Positions 18,250 to 28,216 of a stretch of DNA of 64,000 nt are shown here, piece after piece (position 1 is the first letter of the stretch; each line of letters starts with the position of its first letter). The notes beneath the pieces were generated by a model that saw nothing but the letters and a program-made list of their open reading frames with translations, was not told where the DNA came from and searched no databases. The stretch is from an uncultured delta proteobacterium (GTDB lineage: Bacteria > Myxococcota_A > Polyangia > Polyangiales > Houyiibacteriaceae). A program made the translations under genes and the position numbers. The stretch is taken from contig CAVYJZ010000006.1 of NCBI GenBank assembly GCA_963768985.1, forward strand, positions 333,702 through 397,701. The letters are read 5' to 3'.

Positions 18250-19685
18250 TGCGCTGAGCTGGGTGGGACGGCATAGTCTGCCAGGGCCCTTACGAGATCG
18301 TCAGCGAGCTTCCTTGCGGCGGCCTGCTTTCCCGCAATGCCGTTGGCCAAGAAGCTGAACGCCACCGATCGCCCCGGTTCTCCGAACACGTAGCCCGACA
18401 GCGCGACGACGTCGCGCAGCGTTCCGGTCTTCGCTCGGACCATTCGAGGGCGCGGGAGATCCGCGAGACGGGACGCCAGCGTTCCGTCGCCGCCGGCGAC
18501 GGCAAGCTGGGCGACGTACTCAGCCCGAATCGCAGGATCCCGATAGGCAGCGAGCAAGGTTTCCGTCAGGTGTCGTGGGGCGACTCGATTACCATCGAAC
18601 AGACCCGAGCCATTGACCATGACGAGCCCATTGGTATCGACTCCCATCTTCGTGAGCTCCTCGCGAACCACCGCCACACCGCGCGCCGAAGTGCCCGGCT
18701 TTTCCGTTTCGGCGCCCATGATCTTCAACAGCATCTCTGCAGTGAAATTGTCGCTCCACTTGCCCAACGAATACAGCAGCACGCTAAGGGGGGCCGAGGG
18801 CATGTCGGCGATCAACGGCTGTCGCTCCGGCACCGGGCCGTATTCTACGGTGAGGGTCCCACCGACCCCGGCGTTCTTGAGCGCCCTCACGAACAGGCTT
18901 GCCGCATAGGCCTTCGGGTCAGGCACGCGGCGACGGTAAAACAGCATGCGGACCATCTGGGGAATATCGCCCTCGACACGAACGACGAGGTGACCGTCCT
19001 CGCTGAGATTGTCCTCGATCCGCGGGGTGGGGGGCCCCGCGGCGATCGTCACGGTGCGGTTGTCGATCCGGACGTAGTCGCCCGAAAGCACCCGTACACG
19101 CCCAGGGCCTCCGACCTGCGGTCCCGGGCCGATGTGCACGACGTAGCTGTTACGATTCACTGCAAACGCGGAGATGGCGGCGCGGAATGCCGCGGCCTCT
19201 CGCGGTTGCTGTTCGAACGCAGGGGGGAGAATCTGATTGTCGAAATACGAATCGTCGATCGCGAGGCGATCGACCGTGTCCACCCCTCGTAGGTGAATGC
19301 TGTCGGCCAAGGCTGCCAGTCCGGCGTCTCCCAAGCTCGGGTCACCCGATGATCGGACCACGAGCTGCGCCACATGCCCGTTTTCGACGGCGCCCTCGAC
19401 CTTGGTGGACGCCCTGAAGTCTGGCCCCAAACGCTTGAGGGCGGCAGCGGCGGTCAGCAGTTTCTGGTTGGACGCAGGATTCAGAGGCCGTCCTGGTCGA
19501 TTGCGGTAGAGTTCCTCGGCATCGTGCAGGCGAACGACATGAATCCCGATCCCATCGCCGAGACCCGCCTGCCGGACGAGGTTGGCGATCGTTTGCGCGA
19601 GCGGTTGAGGCCCCTTGGCGCGCGCGTCAGGTGTGACGAGCAGCAGGGCGATAATCGCGAGATGAAGAAGCGCTCGGTGCGCCAT
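18246..19685 (-). CDS. dacB: D-alanyl-D-alanine carboxypeptidase/endopeptidase (PBP4, S13 family)
   Basis: 479 aa with a signal peptide, the SxxK motif (PASNQKLLTAAAAL) and KTGTL near the C-terminus. Confidence 0.85.
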   Translation of the reverse strand: MAHRALLHLAIIALLLVTPDARAKGPQPLAQTIANLVRQAGLGDGIGIHVVRLHDAEELYRNRPGRPLNPASNQKLLTAAAALKRLGPDFRASTKVEGAVENGHVAQLVVRSSGDPSLGDAGLAALADSIHLRGVDTVDRLAIDDSYFDNQILPPAFEQQPREAAAFRAAISAFAVNRNSYVVHIGPGPQVGGPGRVRVLSGDYVRIDNRTVTIAAGPPTPRIEDNLSEDGHLVVRVEGDIPQMVRMLFYRRRVPDPKAYAASLFVRALKNAGVGGTLTVEYGPVPERQPLIADMPSAPLSVLLYSLGKWSDNFTAEMLLKIMGAETEKPGTSARGVAVVREELTKMGVDTNGLVMVNGSGLFDGNRVAPRHLTETLLAAYRDPAIRAEYVAQLAVAGGDGTLASRLADLPRPRMVRAKTGTLRDVVALSGYVFGEPGRSVAFSFLANGIAGKQAAARKLADDLVRALADYAVPPSSAH

Positions 19686-21206
19686 CGGCGGCAGCCTAGC
19701 AGCGCCCTGCTCTGGCTCCTAATGATTGGCCTGGGATGTCAGGCGTCGGTGGAACAAGACCCGGACACGTTGGTCGTGATGCTCCCGCGAGATGCCGAGC
19801 AGCTCGACCCCCGCTTCGTGGGCGATCCCTATGGCCTGCGGGTCTCGCGCCTGCTCTTTGGCTCACTGGTCACGATCGATCCGCAAACCCTCGAGGTGAT
19901 CCCGGACCTCGCAGAGTCCGTGACGGCCTCGAGCTCGACGCAGTTCGAGGTGCGGCTCCGCGAAGGGCTTCGCTTCAGCGATGGCAGCCCGCTCGACGCC
20001 GAAGATGTGGTGGCAACCTTCGAAGGCATCATCGACCCGGCGCTCGGAAGCCGCTACGCGCACACATACCGAAGGATTGCCGATATGCGGGTCCCCGACC
20101 CGCGCACGATTGTGTTCGTCCTCCGCGAGCCATACGCCACCTTTCTCACCGATCTCGAGCTCCCAATCGTGCGAAGCGAGGACGCCTTCCGACGGGTCGC
20201 CACCCCCGGCGATCCCTTTCCCGTCGGCGCCGGTCCGTATCGACTCGTCAAACGTGAGCCCGGCATTCTCGAGCTCCGTGCCAATCCTCACTGGCATCGG
20301 GGAAAGCCCAAGTACCCCAACTTGCGACTCGTCGTCATCCGTGACGACAACACGCGGGCGTTGCGAATGCTAGGCGGGCAAGGCGATATCGCCATCGCAT
20401 CGATTCCCCCTCTTCTGCTCCCGCTGTTCGAAGACGACGAGCGTTTCGAGACGCGTAGCGTCCCCGGGATCTCGACGATGTATCTGGGGTTTCAAACTAG
20501 CTCGCCCAAGCTCGCTGACGTTCGAGTACGCCGCGCTATCGCGTTCGCCATCGACCGAGAGCTTCTCGTCTGGGCGAAATACGATGGGCTCGCGCGCGTG
20601 ACGGACAGCTGGGTCCCACACGGCCATTGGGCGGAGAGCGACGCGTCGCCTCCACGCAGATTCGATCCCGACGAAGCTCGCGCGCTGCTCGACGCGGCCG
20701 GGTTCCCCGATCCGGAGGGCTCAGAACCCCGTATGCGTCTGGTGCTGCGAACGACATCCGAGCGGTTTCGACAGTCCGTGGCGCATGCCATTGCGGCGAT
20801 GCTGAGGGATGTCGGACTCGAGGTTGATGTGCGGCCCTCGGAAGCAGCGACACTGATCTCCGACCTGAATCGCGGTAGCTTCGAGATCACGCTGCTTCAG
20901 GTACCCGAGGTGATCGAGCCGAACGTGCTCAGCTGGTTCTTCGAATCGTCACGAATCCCGGGCCCACAGAGCGAAGGCGCGAATCGATGGAGGTACCAGA
21001 GCGAAGAGCTCGATCGCCTTTTCCAGTTGGGAAGAACTGAGATTGATCGAGCGAAACGTCGTGCGGCTTATGAAGAAGTTCAGCGAGTCCTCGCCCGTGA
21101 CCTCCCGGTCTTTCCCTTGTGGCAGCCGGACACCATCGCGGTCGTCCGGAGGGGGTCGACCTTCGTAGTGCCTCGAGACGGACGCTTCGGTACACTGGCG
21201 TTCTGA
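19662..21206 (+). CDS. ABC transporter substrate-binding lipoprotein, family 5 (peptide/nickel type)
   Basis: The ATG at 19662 gives MKKRSVRHRRQPSSALLWLLMIGLGC (lipobox). The body matches the SBP_bac_5 pattern (GLRFSDGSPLDAEDV, GAGPYRL). This start overlaps the dacB 5' end on the other strand. Confidence 0.8.
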   Translation: MKKRSVRHRRQPSSALLWLLMIGLGCQASVEQDPDTLVVMLPRDAEQLDPRFVGDPYGLRVSRLLFGSLVTIDPQTLEVIPDLAESVTASSSTQFEVRLREGLRFSDGSPLDAEDVVATFEGIIDPALGSRYAHTYRRIADMRVPDPRTIVFVLREPYATFLTDLELPIVRSEDAFRRVATPGDPFPVGAGPYRLVKREPGILELRANPHWHRGKPKYPNLRLVVIRDDNTRALRMLGGQGDIAIASIPPLLLPLFEDDERFETRSVPGISTMYLGFQTSSPKLADVRVRRAIAFAIDRELLVWAKYDGLARVTDSWVPHGHWAESDASPPRRFDPDEARALLDAAGFPDPEGSEPRMRLVLRTTSERFRQSVAHAIAAMLRDVGLEVDVRPSEAATLISDLNRGSFEITLLQVPEVIEPNVLSWFFESSRIPGPQSEGANRWRYQSEELDRLFQLGRTEIDRAKRRAAYEEVQRVLARDLPVFPLWQPDTIAVVRRGSTFVVPRDGRFGTLAF

Positions 21207-21213
21207 ACGCGCA

Positions 21214-22527
21214 GTGGTACCGTTCGGGGTGATCCTGAGGGACCCCGTCCACGGTTTGATCGCCTTCGAGGGCAGGGCGGAGACGGTCATTCGATCGCTG
21301 CTCGATACCCGAGAGGTGCAGCGCCTACGGCGGGTTCGACAGCTGGGGCTCGCCTCGCTGGTGTTCCCGGGCGCAGAGCATTCGCGCTTTTCGCACGCCG
21401 TCGGGGCCGCACACGTCATGCAGGCGCTTCAGCATCGAATCGACGCCTGTAGCGACGAGTTGCCGGTCGACCAGCGACTCGACGACGAAGCCAGGGCCGA
21501 GGGACTGGCCGCCGCGCTCCTGCACGATCTGGGTCACGGACCGTTTTCGCACCTCTTCGAAGAGGTGCTGCCGCACGCCAAGCACCACGAGCTTTGGACG
21601 CAGGAAATCTTGCTCGACCCTTCTACCGAGGTACACCAGGCGCTCGAATCGATCTCATCGGGCATGGCCGAACGGGTCACCGGACTGCTCAGCGGAAACT
21701 ACCGGTTGGGTTACCTCAGCCAGAGCGTCAGCGGCACGCTGGACGTCGATCGCGCTGACTACCTCTTGCGCGACAGCCACATGACCGGCGTACGCTATGG
21801 CCTGTACGACCTCGATTGGCTGCTTCAGGCGCTGTCCTTCGCATGCGTGAACGATCGATGGGTGCTTGCAGTACAGGGCCGAAAGGGATTGCCACCCGCA
21901 GAGAGCTTCTTCCTCGGGCGGCACTTCATGTACCAGCAGGTCTACCATCACAAAGTCACCCGAGCGGCAGAAGCACTGGTACGCGCGATTTTCATGCGTG
22001 TGAGCGAGCTGATCTTCGACGGTTCGCCTCCGACTCCGTTGCTGCCCGCATTTCGAGCCGCGGCCCTCGGAGAGCCTCTGTCGTTGGGCGAGTACCTTCG
22101 CATGGACGACGCGGAGTTGCTGACGTGCCTGAGCTCATGGGAACACGAGGGCGACTCTACACTCGCGGACCTCAGCAGACGTCTTCGATGCCGCGAGCTT
22201 CCAAAGACTATGCCGCTCCCCGAAACCCGACGCGATCGATGGGCGGAGGCGCTGGCCCGCGCGGAGCAAATCGTCACCGCAGGAGGGCTGCGCGCTGATC
22301 TCACCGTCTGGCTAGATGTGGCCGAAGACGTTCCTTACCAGGAGCCGACCGACGGGAGCACCGACGGCATGTGGGTAACCCTCCGCCACCAGCCTCTTCA
22401 GCGCCTCGGGGACGCTTCGTTCCTCCTCGGTCAGCTGCGAAACAAGCGCATCGAGCGACCCCGCCTCATTTTTCCAACCGAGTTTCGGGACGAGGTGCTC
22501 GCGGCGATGCACCACGTCCTCGATTGA
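21214..22527 (+). CDS. HD-domain metal-dependent phosphohydrolase (dGTPase/SAMHD1-like)
   Basis: RFSHAVGAAHV ... LLHDLGHGPFSH ... DVDRADYLLRDSHMTG motifs. GTG start. Confidence 0.85.
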   Translation: MVPFGVILRDPVHGLIAFEGRAETVIRSLLDTREVQRLRRVRQLGLASLVFPGAEHSRFSHAVGAAHVMQALQHRIDACSDELPVDQRLDDEARAEGLAAALLHDLGHGPFSHLFEEVLPHAKHHELWTQEILLDPSTEVHQALESISSGMAERVTGLLSGNYRLGYLSQSVSGTLDVDRADYLLRDSHMTGVRYGLYDLDWLLQALSFACVNDRWVLAVQGRKGLPPAESFFLGRHFMYQQVYHHKVTRAAEALVRAIFMRVSELIFDGSPPTPLLPAFRAAALGEPLSLGEYLRMDDAELLTCLSSWEHEGDSTLADLSRRLRCRELPKTMPLPETRRDRWAEALARAEQIVTAGGLRADLTVWLDVAEDVPYQEPTDGSTDGMWVTLRHQPLQRLGDASFLLGQLRNKRIERPRLIFPTEFRDEVLAAMHHVLD

Positions 22528-22583
22528 CGCCCGGGCACGAAACCTAGATTTGCGGTAAGGTCAGAGACGGAACCGGTTGGGGG

Positions 22584-23933
22584 ATGGCCAGGATTCTAAT
22601 CGTCGACGATCAGGACAGTGCGAGGCGCATGCTTCTCGAAATGCTGCGCGCGGAGGACCATGACGTCGACCAGGCGCAGGATGGCGAGTCCGCGTGCAGC
22701 ATGGTTTCGGAGAACCGCTACGATCTCGTCATCACCGACTTGAGGATGGGAGACATCGGCGGCCTGGAGGTATTGCAGCGTACCCGAGAAGCGTCGCCAC
22801 TGACCGAAGTGATCGTCATGACCGCGTTCGGAACGATCGAAGACGCGGTGGAAGCGATGCGTTTTGGCGCACGCGATTTCGTGCAGAAACCATTCGTGGA
22901 GGAGGAGCTTCTCGTCAAGGTCGCGCGGGCCGCGCGCACGCGGCACATTGCCGGCGAGATGCGCGCAGTCGCTGCGGATTTCCGAGAGCGCTACAACTTC
23001 GGCAACATCATCGGGCAGTCCGCGGAAATTCGAGACGTCCTCGGGCGCATCGTTCGCATCGCGCCGACGGACGCCACGGTTCTCATCACGGGGGAAAGCG
23101 GAACCGGCAAGGAATTGGTCGCGCGTGCCATTCATGCCAACTCGCTGCGCGGCGAGAGGCCCTTCGTCTCCATCAATTGCGCAGCCCTCACGGAAACGCT
23201 GCTCGAGAGCGAGCTCTTCGGCCACGTGCGCGGTGCGTTCACTGGGGCAGTGCAGACGCGAAAAGGCCTTTTCGAGGAAGCCAACGGTGGGACCTTCTTT
23301 TTCGACGAAATAGCCGAGACACCACCGTCGCTTCAGGCAAAGCTGCTGCGCGCGATTCAAGAAGGCGAAATTCGCAGTCTCGGCGACAACAAGCCGATCA
23401 ACGTGGATGCGCGCATCATCGCTGCAACCAACCAGAATTTGCGAACGCTCATCGAGGAAAAGAGGTTCCGCGAAGATCTCTACTACCGCCTCAACGTCGC
23501 TCGTTTCGAGCTCCCGCCACTTCGGGAGCGCAAGGAGGACATCCCACCCATCGTCGAAAGCTTCCTCGAGAAGTATGGCAAGAAGATGGGTCGGCGAGCG
23601 TCCATCGGGCCAGGTGTGATGGACTACCTGCTCAGCTACGACTTCCCTGGCAACATCCGAGAGCTCGAGAACATGATCGAGCAAGGCGTGGCCCTGGCGC
23701 AAGACGGCCAGGTCCACTTGTCGGACATCGTACCCAATTCGAACGGCAATGGCCGCGGCATGCGGCATGCACACCAGTCGCTCGCGGAGATCGTGCGAGA
23801 AACCGAGCGGGAAGCCATCGTTCGAGTGCTGCGGCAGGTCGAAGGGAACAAGGAGCGCGCCGCGGACTTACTCGGGCTCAGCCCAACGACACTCTGGCGG
23901 AAGATGAAGCGGCTTCGGCTCGAGTGGCCCTAG
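22584..23933 (+). CDS. Sigma-54-dependent response regulator (NtrC family: REC, AAA+, Fis-type HTH)
   Basis: REC (ILIVDDQD...VITDLRMGD), AAA+ Walker [15 protein letters not shown] loop and C-terminal HTH ([19 protein letters not shown]). Confidence 0.9.
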   Translation: MARILIVDDQDSARRMLLEMLRAEDHDVDQAQDGESACSMVSENRYDLVITDLRMGDIGGLEVLQRTREASPLTEVIVMTAFGTIEDAVEAMRFGARDFVQKPFVEEELLVKVARAARTRHIAGEMRAVAADFRERYNFGNIIGQSAEIRDVLGRIVRIAPTDATVLITGESGTGKELVARAIHANSLRGERPFVSINCAALTETLLESELFGHVRGAFTGAVQTRKGLFEEANGGTFFFDEIAETPPSLQAKLLRAIQEGEIRSLGDNKPINVDARIIAATNQNLRTLIEEKRFREDLYYRLNVARFELPPLRERKEDIPPIVESFLEKYGKKMGRRASIGPGVMDYLLSYDFPGNIRELENMIEQGVALAQDGQVHLSDIVPNSNGNGRGMRHAHQSLAEIVRETEREAIVRVLRQVEGNKERAADLLGLSPTTLWRKMKRLRLEWP

Positions 23934-23948
23934 GGTCGAACCACGCGA

Positions 23949-24293
23949 CTACTTGGACTCTTGCTGACTGGCGGCATCGATCCGATGCTCGCGATCGTAC
24001 GCGTGCCCAACGATGCCTTGCATTTGGTTCGAGACCGCCTCCGGAACCTTGGACACACCTGCGTCCTGTGCTGGAGGCTGTGTAGCCTGATTCACCTCCA
24101 TGCTGATCTTCTTCGTGATTCGCCCGGTCGCGGCGCTCACCTCGCGCCCGAGCTCCTGAGCTTCGTCGGTCTGGATGACCCGCATCAGGTGCTGAAACGG
24201 CGACCGCTCACCCAGCCGAACGAAAAAGAGCACATAGACCAGGAACGCCAAGACGGCGCCCGTCCACACCAGCCTAATCGATCGACGGATCAT
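23949..24293 (-). CDS. Small single-pass membrane protein, co-transcribed with the NtrC-family gene upstream
   Basis: 114 aa with TM segment IRLVWTGAVLAFLVYVLFFV. Its ATG overlaps the stop of 24290-25687 (ATGA). No known domain. Confidence 0.5.
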   Translation of the reverse strand: MIRRSIRLVWTGAVLAFLVYVLFFVRLGERSPFQHLMRVIQTDEAQELGREVSAATGRITKKISMEVNQATQPPAQDAGVSKVPEAVSNQMQGIVGHAYDREHRIDAASQQESK

Positions 24294-25687
24294 GCCTCTT
24301 CTCGATGGATACCATAGGCTCGCATTTTCTTGTGAAGGTTAGTGCGCTCCACTCCCAGAATTGTGGCAGCACGCGAGATGTTCCAGCTCACCTCTTCGAG
24401 AGTTTGAAGGATGTAATCCTTCTCCGCGCGGCTTCGATACTCCCGCAAAGTCAGCCGTTCGCCGGCCTGATCGAAGGTCGAGGGCAGATCCGAAGGCGGG
24501 GTCGACTCCCGACGCGCCTCGCTGAGAACGCCCTCCTCAGGCAGATCGTCGAGCGTGATCGTTTCACCGCTTAAGATCGCCATTCGCTCGACGACGTTGC
24601 GCAGCTCGCGGACATTGCCGGGCCACGGCCGATCCGCCAAAGCCTCGAGGACGTCGTCGTCCATGACCTTCTCTTTCAGGCCGTTCTCGATCGAGAATTC
24701 GCGGAGAAACTGCGCGGCCAAAAGTGGGATGTCGGTCTTTCTGTCCCTGAGCGGGGGGCTCACGATCGGGACGACATTCAGGCGAAAGTAGAGATCCTCT
24801 CGAAATCCCCCTTCCTTGACCTCGAGCTCGAGGTCCTTGTTGGTCGCGGCCAGCACGCGGACATCGACTGCAATCGCATTTTCGCCGCCAACCCGCGAGA
24901 TTTCGCCGCTTTGAAGAGCACGCAGCACTTTGGCCTGCGCGCTGGCGCTCATGTCGCCGATCTCATCCAGAAATATGGTGCCGCCATTGGCGAGCTCGAA
25001 CATGCCCTTCTTGCGGCCCTGCGCGCCAGTAAACGCGCCGCGCTCGTGGCCGAAAAGCTCGCTCTCGATCAGCTCGGCCGGAATGGCTGCACAATTGACT
25101 TTGACGAAGGGCTTGTCGGCGCGCGAGCTCAGCCTATGAATCGCGCGCGCGATCAGCTCCTTTCCGGTGCCGCTTTCTCCGGAGATCAGAACTCGCCCGT
25201 TGGTAGGGGCGACCTTCTCGAGCTGTGCGAAGAGCGTCCTCATGACGGAGCTCTCACCGATCATTTCGTAGCGGTGCTCGATGTTGGCACGAAGCTGCTC
25301 GACCTCGCGCTGGAGCTGCCAGGTCTGGAGTGCGTTGCGCACGGTGACCAATACGCGATCTCGGTCGAGCGGCTTTTCGAAGAAATCCGTCGCGCCCAGC
25401 TGAACTGCCTGCACGGCCTCTGCGACGGATGCGTGACCCGATACCATCAAAACGGGAAGCTTGCGAGTCTCTGGCTGGCTACGAATGTTCTGAAGCGCTT
25501 CGATGCCGCTCATTTTCGGAAGCCGAACGTCGAGGATGATGAGATCGACCTCGTTGTGTTCGAGAGTGTCGAGGCACTCCTCGGCCGATGCGGCATCCAG
25601 CGTATTGAATCCGGCACCTTCGAGTACCATCCGCAAGGTACGTCTGATGTTCTTTTCGTCGTCGACGACTAGGACTGTGGCCACCAT
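24290..25687 (-). CDS. Sigma-54-dependent response regulator (NtrC family)
   Basis: REC (VLVVDDEKN...IILDVRLPKMSG), [14 protein letters not shown] and C-terminal HTH (AATILGVERTNLHKKMRAYG). Confidence 0.9.
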   Translation of the reverse strand: MVATVLVVDDEKNIRRTLRMVLEGAGFNTLDAASAEECLDTLEHNEVDLIILDVRLPKMSGIEALQNIRSQPETRKLPVLMVSGHASVAEAVQAVQLGATDFFEKPLDRDRVLVTVRNALQTWQLQREVEQLRANIEHRYEMIGESSVMRTLFAQLEKVAPTNGRVLISGESGTGKELIARAIHRLSSRADKPFVKVNCAAIPAELIESELFGHERGAFTGAQGRKKGMFELANGGTIFLDEIGDMSASAQAKVLRALQSGEISRVGGENAIAVDVRVLAATNKDLELEVKEGGFREDLYFRLNVVPIVSPPLRDRKTDIPLLAAQFLREFSIENGLKEKVMDDDVLEALADRPWPGNVRELRNVVERMAILSGETITLDDLPEEGVLSEARRESTPPSDLPSTFDQAGERLTLREYRSRAEKDYILQTLEEVSWNISRAATILGVERTNLHKKMRAYGIHREEA

Positions 25688-25740
25688 GTCACACCGCTTA
25701 TATCACGGTGGATTCTGACAGAGCCAAAGAGTGATAGAGT

Positions 25741-26565
25741 ATGCGGGCCGTGAACCACGGGGAATCCGCCAGTCTGCGTTTTGGCGCTTTGCTCGAGGAA
25801 GTGAGACCAGCAACGGGGGGCCTCGCTCGCGAAGATCTTGCCGCAGAGGTAGCACCAGTGTTGCCACTGCTGACCGAGCTGCAGGCGATCGAGCGCGCAA
25901 GTGGCGACTACGAGTCTTTCCAGTTCCGCGAGTGCTTCGCGGTGCTGAGCCTCCTCGGACGGCGTCTCGCCTTGCTCGATCTCACGCCGACTGCGGCGAT
26001 TCAAGTCGTGGGCATCGCTTTGCGCTCGGTCGAGGGGAACGACGAATCGCCTTCCGAAGACTTCAGGGAGCGAGCCATCGCGGCAGCCGTCGAAGGGTTC
26101 GTGAGAGGCCGCGAGGAACGAGTCCAGCAAGATGCCGAAGCGCGCGCAACGAAACCCATAAAACCACTGCGCATCGACGAGGCGGCATTTGCCTTGATAG
26201 TTTCCGGATTGCATGAGCCAGCCGCGTTGAGCGGCTGCGTCGATGCCCTGGGACGGGCGATGCTCAATGCGGGCGTCGATGTCGCCATCGTCGACCTGAC
26301 TCAACTCGGCGAACCGAATCAGGATCGCGCCGCGGCAGTGTTTGCCGCCGACGAAGTCGCCAAAATGCTCGGCGGCGTGTGTTTCTTCACGGGCCTCGAT
26401 TCACGCTGGAGCGCTGCCGCTTCCGACGCGCGAATCGCACTAGACGCAATCCACGTCGCGCCTAGCCTGGCAGCCGCCATCGCCGCCGCGCGCGAGGTGT
26501 CGGGGCGCGCAAGCGCGGGCACCGACTGGAGCTGGCGAGCGCTCCTCCGCCGGCTCCGTGGATGA
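25741..26565 (+). CDS. Hypothetical protein with a C-terminal STAS-like (RsbR / anti-sigma-antagonist-like) region
   Basis: 274 aa. The C-terminal part (ALIVSGLHEPAALSGCVDALGRAMLNAGVDVAIVDLTQLGEPNQDRAAAVFAADEVAKMLGGVCFFTGL) follows the STAS pattern. This is a by-eye assignment only. Confidence 0.45.
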   Translation: MRAVNHGESASLRFGALLEEVRPATGGLAREDLAAEVAPVLPLLTELQAIERASGDYESFQFRECFAVLSLLGRRLALLDLTPTAAIQVVGIALRSVEGNDESPSEDFRERAIAAAVEGFVRGREERVQQDAEARATKPIKPLRIDEAAFALIVSGLHEPAALSGCVDALGRAMLNAGVDVAIVDLTQLGEPNQDRAAAVFAADEVAKMLGGVCFFTGLDSRWSAAASDARIALDAIHVAPSLAAAIAAAREVSGRASAGTDWSWRALLRRLRG

Positions 26566-26579
26566 GAAGTGTTCGCAAG

Positions 26580-27479
26580 TTACTCGGGCGCTAGCTCGTG
26601 GAGCGCCTCCTCCGCACGCGCTCGCGTCTCGCGATGCTCCGCAGCACGTTTCAACCAGTCTCGAGCCTTCCGCGAGTTGCCGAGCGTTCGGTAGCATTTG
26701 CCAATCGCGAGCTCTTCTTCGGGCTCGATCGTGGCGGCTTTGCGATCACGGTTGCGGCGTTCGAACGCTGCCACCTGTCTTCTGCAGCCCGCCTCGGCGC
26801 TGTCGGTTCCTGCTTGCTCGTCCGACGCGGACGGCGCGATATCGGCCTCCGCCACGGAGCCTGCCACCTCTTCAGCGGCGAGGCTCGCGGCCGGGGCCCC
26901 GCCCATTCGCTCGAGCTTCGAATCGTCCGCGGCGCGCTTGGCCTTTCGCTCCGAAGACGCGGGGCTCGCGGCCACCATCCTGGTTTTGGCCGACGCCCGG
27001 TCTACGCTCCGCGGCGCCGCCGCCGGTTCGGCTGCCGGCCGCGCTGGCGCAACCTCATGGACCACCACGGGTTGCTCGTGGACCGCTTGCTCCGCCTCGG
27101 CGGAATCGGCCGCCGATTCGGCTTGCTTCGATTCGGGCTGGTCACGGCGTTGGACGCCCCGCGGGATCGCGATGACCCCAACCCCAACGGCCAGAAGGGC
27201 AATCGCCGCCACGGCCCAGGGCAGGGGCTGCCCTCGCAGCTTTCGCACCGGAGCGACCCGGGGCACACGGCTGGATGCCGCTCGCAGGATCGCCGCATCG
27301 ACGGCGGCTCTGGGTTCCTCGATCGGCAGCTGCGCCGCCAAGGCGAGCGCCGCCTTCGTTTGCTCGAATGCGGAGCGACAATCGGGGCAGCGCGCGAGAA
27401 TCCCTCGCACGGCTTCCGGGTCGACCGCTTGGCGCTCGATCAGCTCGAAAATCTGCTCCTTGCACTCTTCACAGTTCAT
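26580..27479 (-). CDS. Anti-sigma factor (zf-HC2 N-terminus, one TM, periplasmic Ala/Glu-rich region with a TPR-like end)
   Basis: MNCEECKEQIFELI...ARCPDCRSAF zinc-finger motif, TM segment PLPWAVAAIALLAVGVGVIAI. It overlaps the stop of the ECF sigma gene. Confidence 0.7.
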   Translation of the reverse strand: MNCEECKEQIFELIERQAVDPEAVRGILARCPDCRSAFEQTKAALALAAQLPIEEPRAAVDAAILRAASSRVPRVAPVRKLRGQPLPWAVAAIALLAVGVGVIAIPRGVQRRDQPESKQAESAADSAEAEQAVHEQPVVVHEVAPARPAAEPAAAPRSVDRASAKTRMVAASPASSERKAKRAADDSKLERMGGAPAASLAAEEVAGSVAEADIAPSASDEQAGTDSAEAGCRRQVAAFERRNRDRKAATIEPEEELAIGKCYRTLGNSRKARDWLKRAAEHRETRARAEEALHELAPE

Positions 27480-28056
27480 TGGACTCTTCCAGGTCGCTCA
27501 AGATCCGCTGCAGATGCTCGAGCGCGTAACGCATCCGACTCTTCACCGTGTTGGCTGGGGCACCGACCACCTCGGCGATCTCCCTGAACGCCAACCCTTG
27601 AAGCTGGCGCAATAGAAAGACCTCCCGTTGCTCCTCGGGCAGGGCGTCCACAGCGCTGGCGATCCGTTGCCGGACAAGCCCGCCGTGGGCGATCGCCTCC
27701 GTGGAAGGACCGGGGTTCTGAAGGCGCTCGCCGAGCGGGTGATCCGAGCCGGCCTGAGCCGCATCCAGGGAAGCGTGTCCGCGGAACTTCATCTTCCGTT
27801 GGTGATCGATACTCAGATTTCGGGCGATCGTATACAGCCATGTGGAGAACTTGGCGTCTCCACGGAACTCGCCGCAGCGCTCGATAACCCTCATCCAAAC
27901 ATCTTGATACAGTTCCTCCGCGCGCCCGCGTTCGCGAGCCGATCGTAAAAGGAACGTGAAGAGCGGCCCGCGGTAGCGTTCCAGCAAGGTTGCAAACGCC
28001 CGGGAGTCCCCCTCGCGATACGCCGCCAACAGCATTTCGTCGGAGGGAACGCTCAT
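27469..28056 (-). CDS. ECF (group 4) RNA polymerase sigma factor
   Basis: The ATG at 28056 gives MSVPSDEMLLAAYREGDSRAFATLLERY. Region 2 (FSTWLYTIARNLSIDHQR) and region 4 (LQGLAFREIAEVVGAPANTVKSRMRYALEHL) are present. Confidence 0.9.
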   Translation of the reverse strand: MSVPSDEMLLAAYREGDSRAFATLLERYRGPLFTFLLRSARERGRAEELYQDVWMRVIERCGEFRGDAKFSTWLYTIARNLSIDHQRKMKFRGHASLDAAQAGSDHPLGERLQNPGPSTEAIAHGGLVRQRIASAVDALPEEQREVFLLRQLQGLAFREIAEVVGAPANTVKSRMRYALEHLQRILSDLEESNEL

Positions 28057-28216
28057 CGCGCGCCCCCCTCTTCCACGTGCCCGTGCTGCGTCGGATGACC
28101 ACACATCGATCGACGTCTGAGACTGGGAGAGGATCTACTCGATCGTACCCATGCAAGTGAAGGACAATTCAGAGGTTCTTGGCGATCGCCGGCGCGGAGA
28201 AACGCCCAGGCCTTCA

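Noticed and set aside
22596-23774. Long antisense ORFs opposite recognised genes. Examples: 22596-23774 (392 aa), 8658-9875 (405 aa), 31794-33179 (461 aa), 41038-42321 (427 aa), 43922-45088 (388 aa), 26598-27587 (329 aa), 34242-35561 (439 aa), 54764-55897 (377 aa)
   Set aside because: Their translations are Arg/Pro/Gly/Ala-rich low-complexity strings with no motifs. The opposite strand carries clear domain signatures in every case. Stop-poor antisense frames are expected in very GC-rich DNA.
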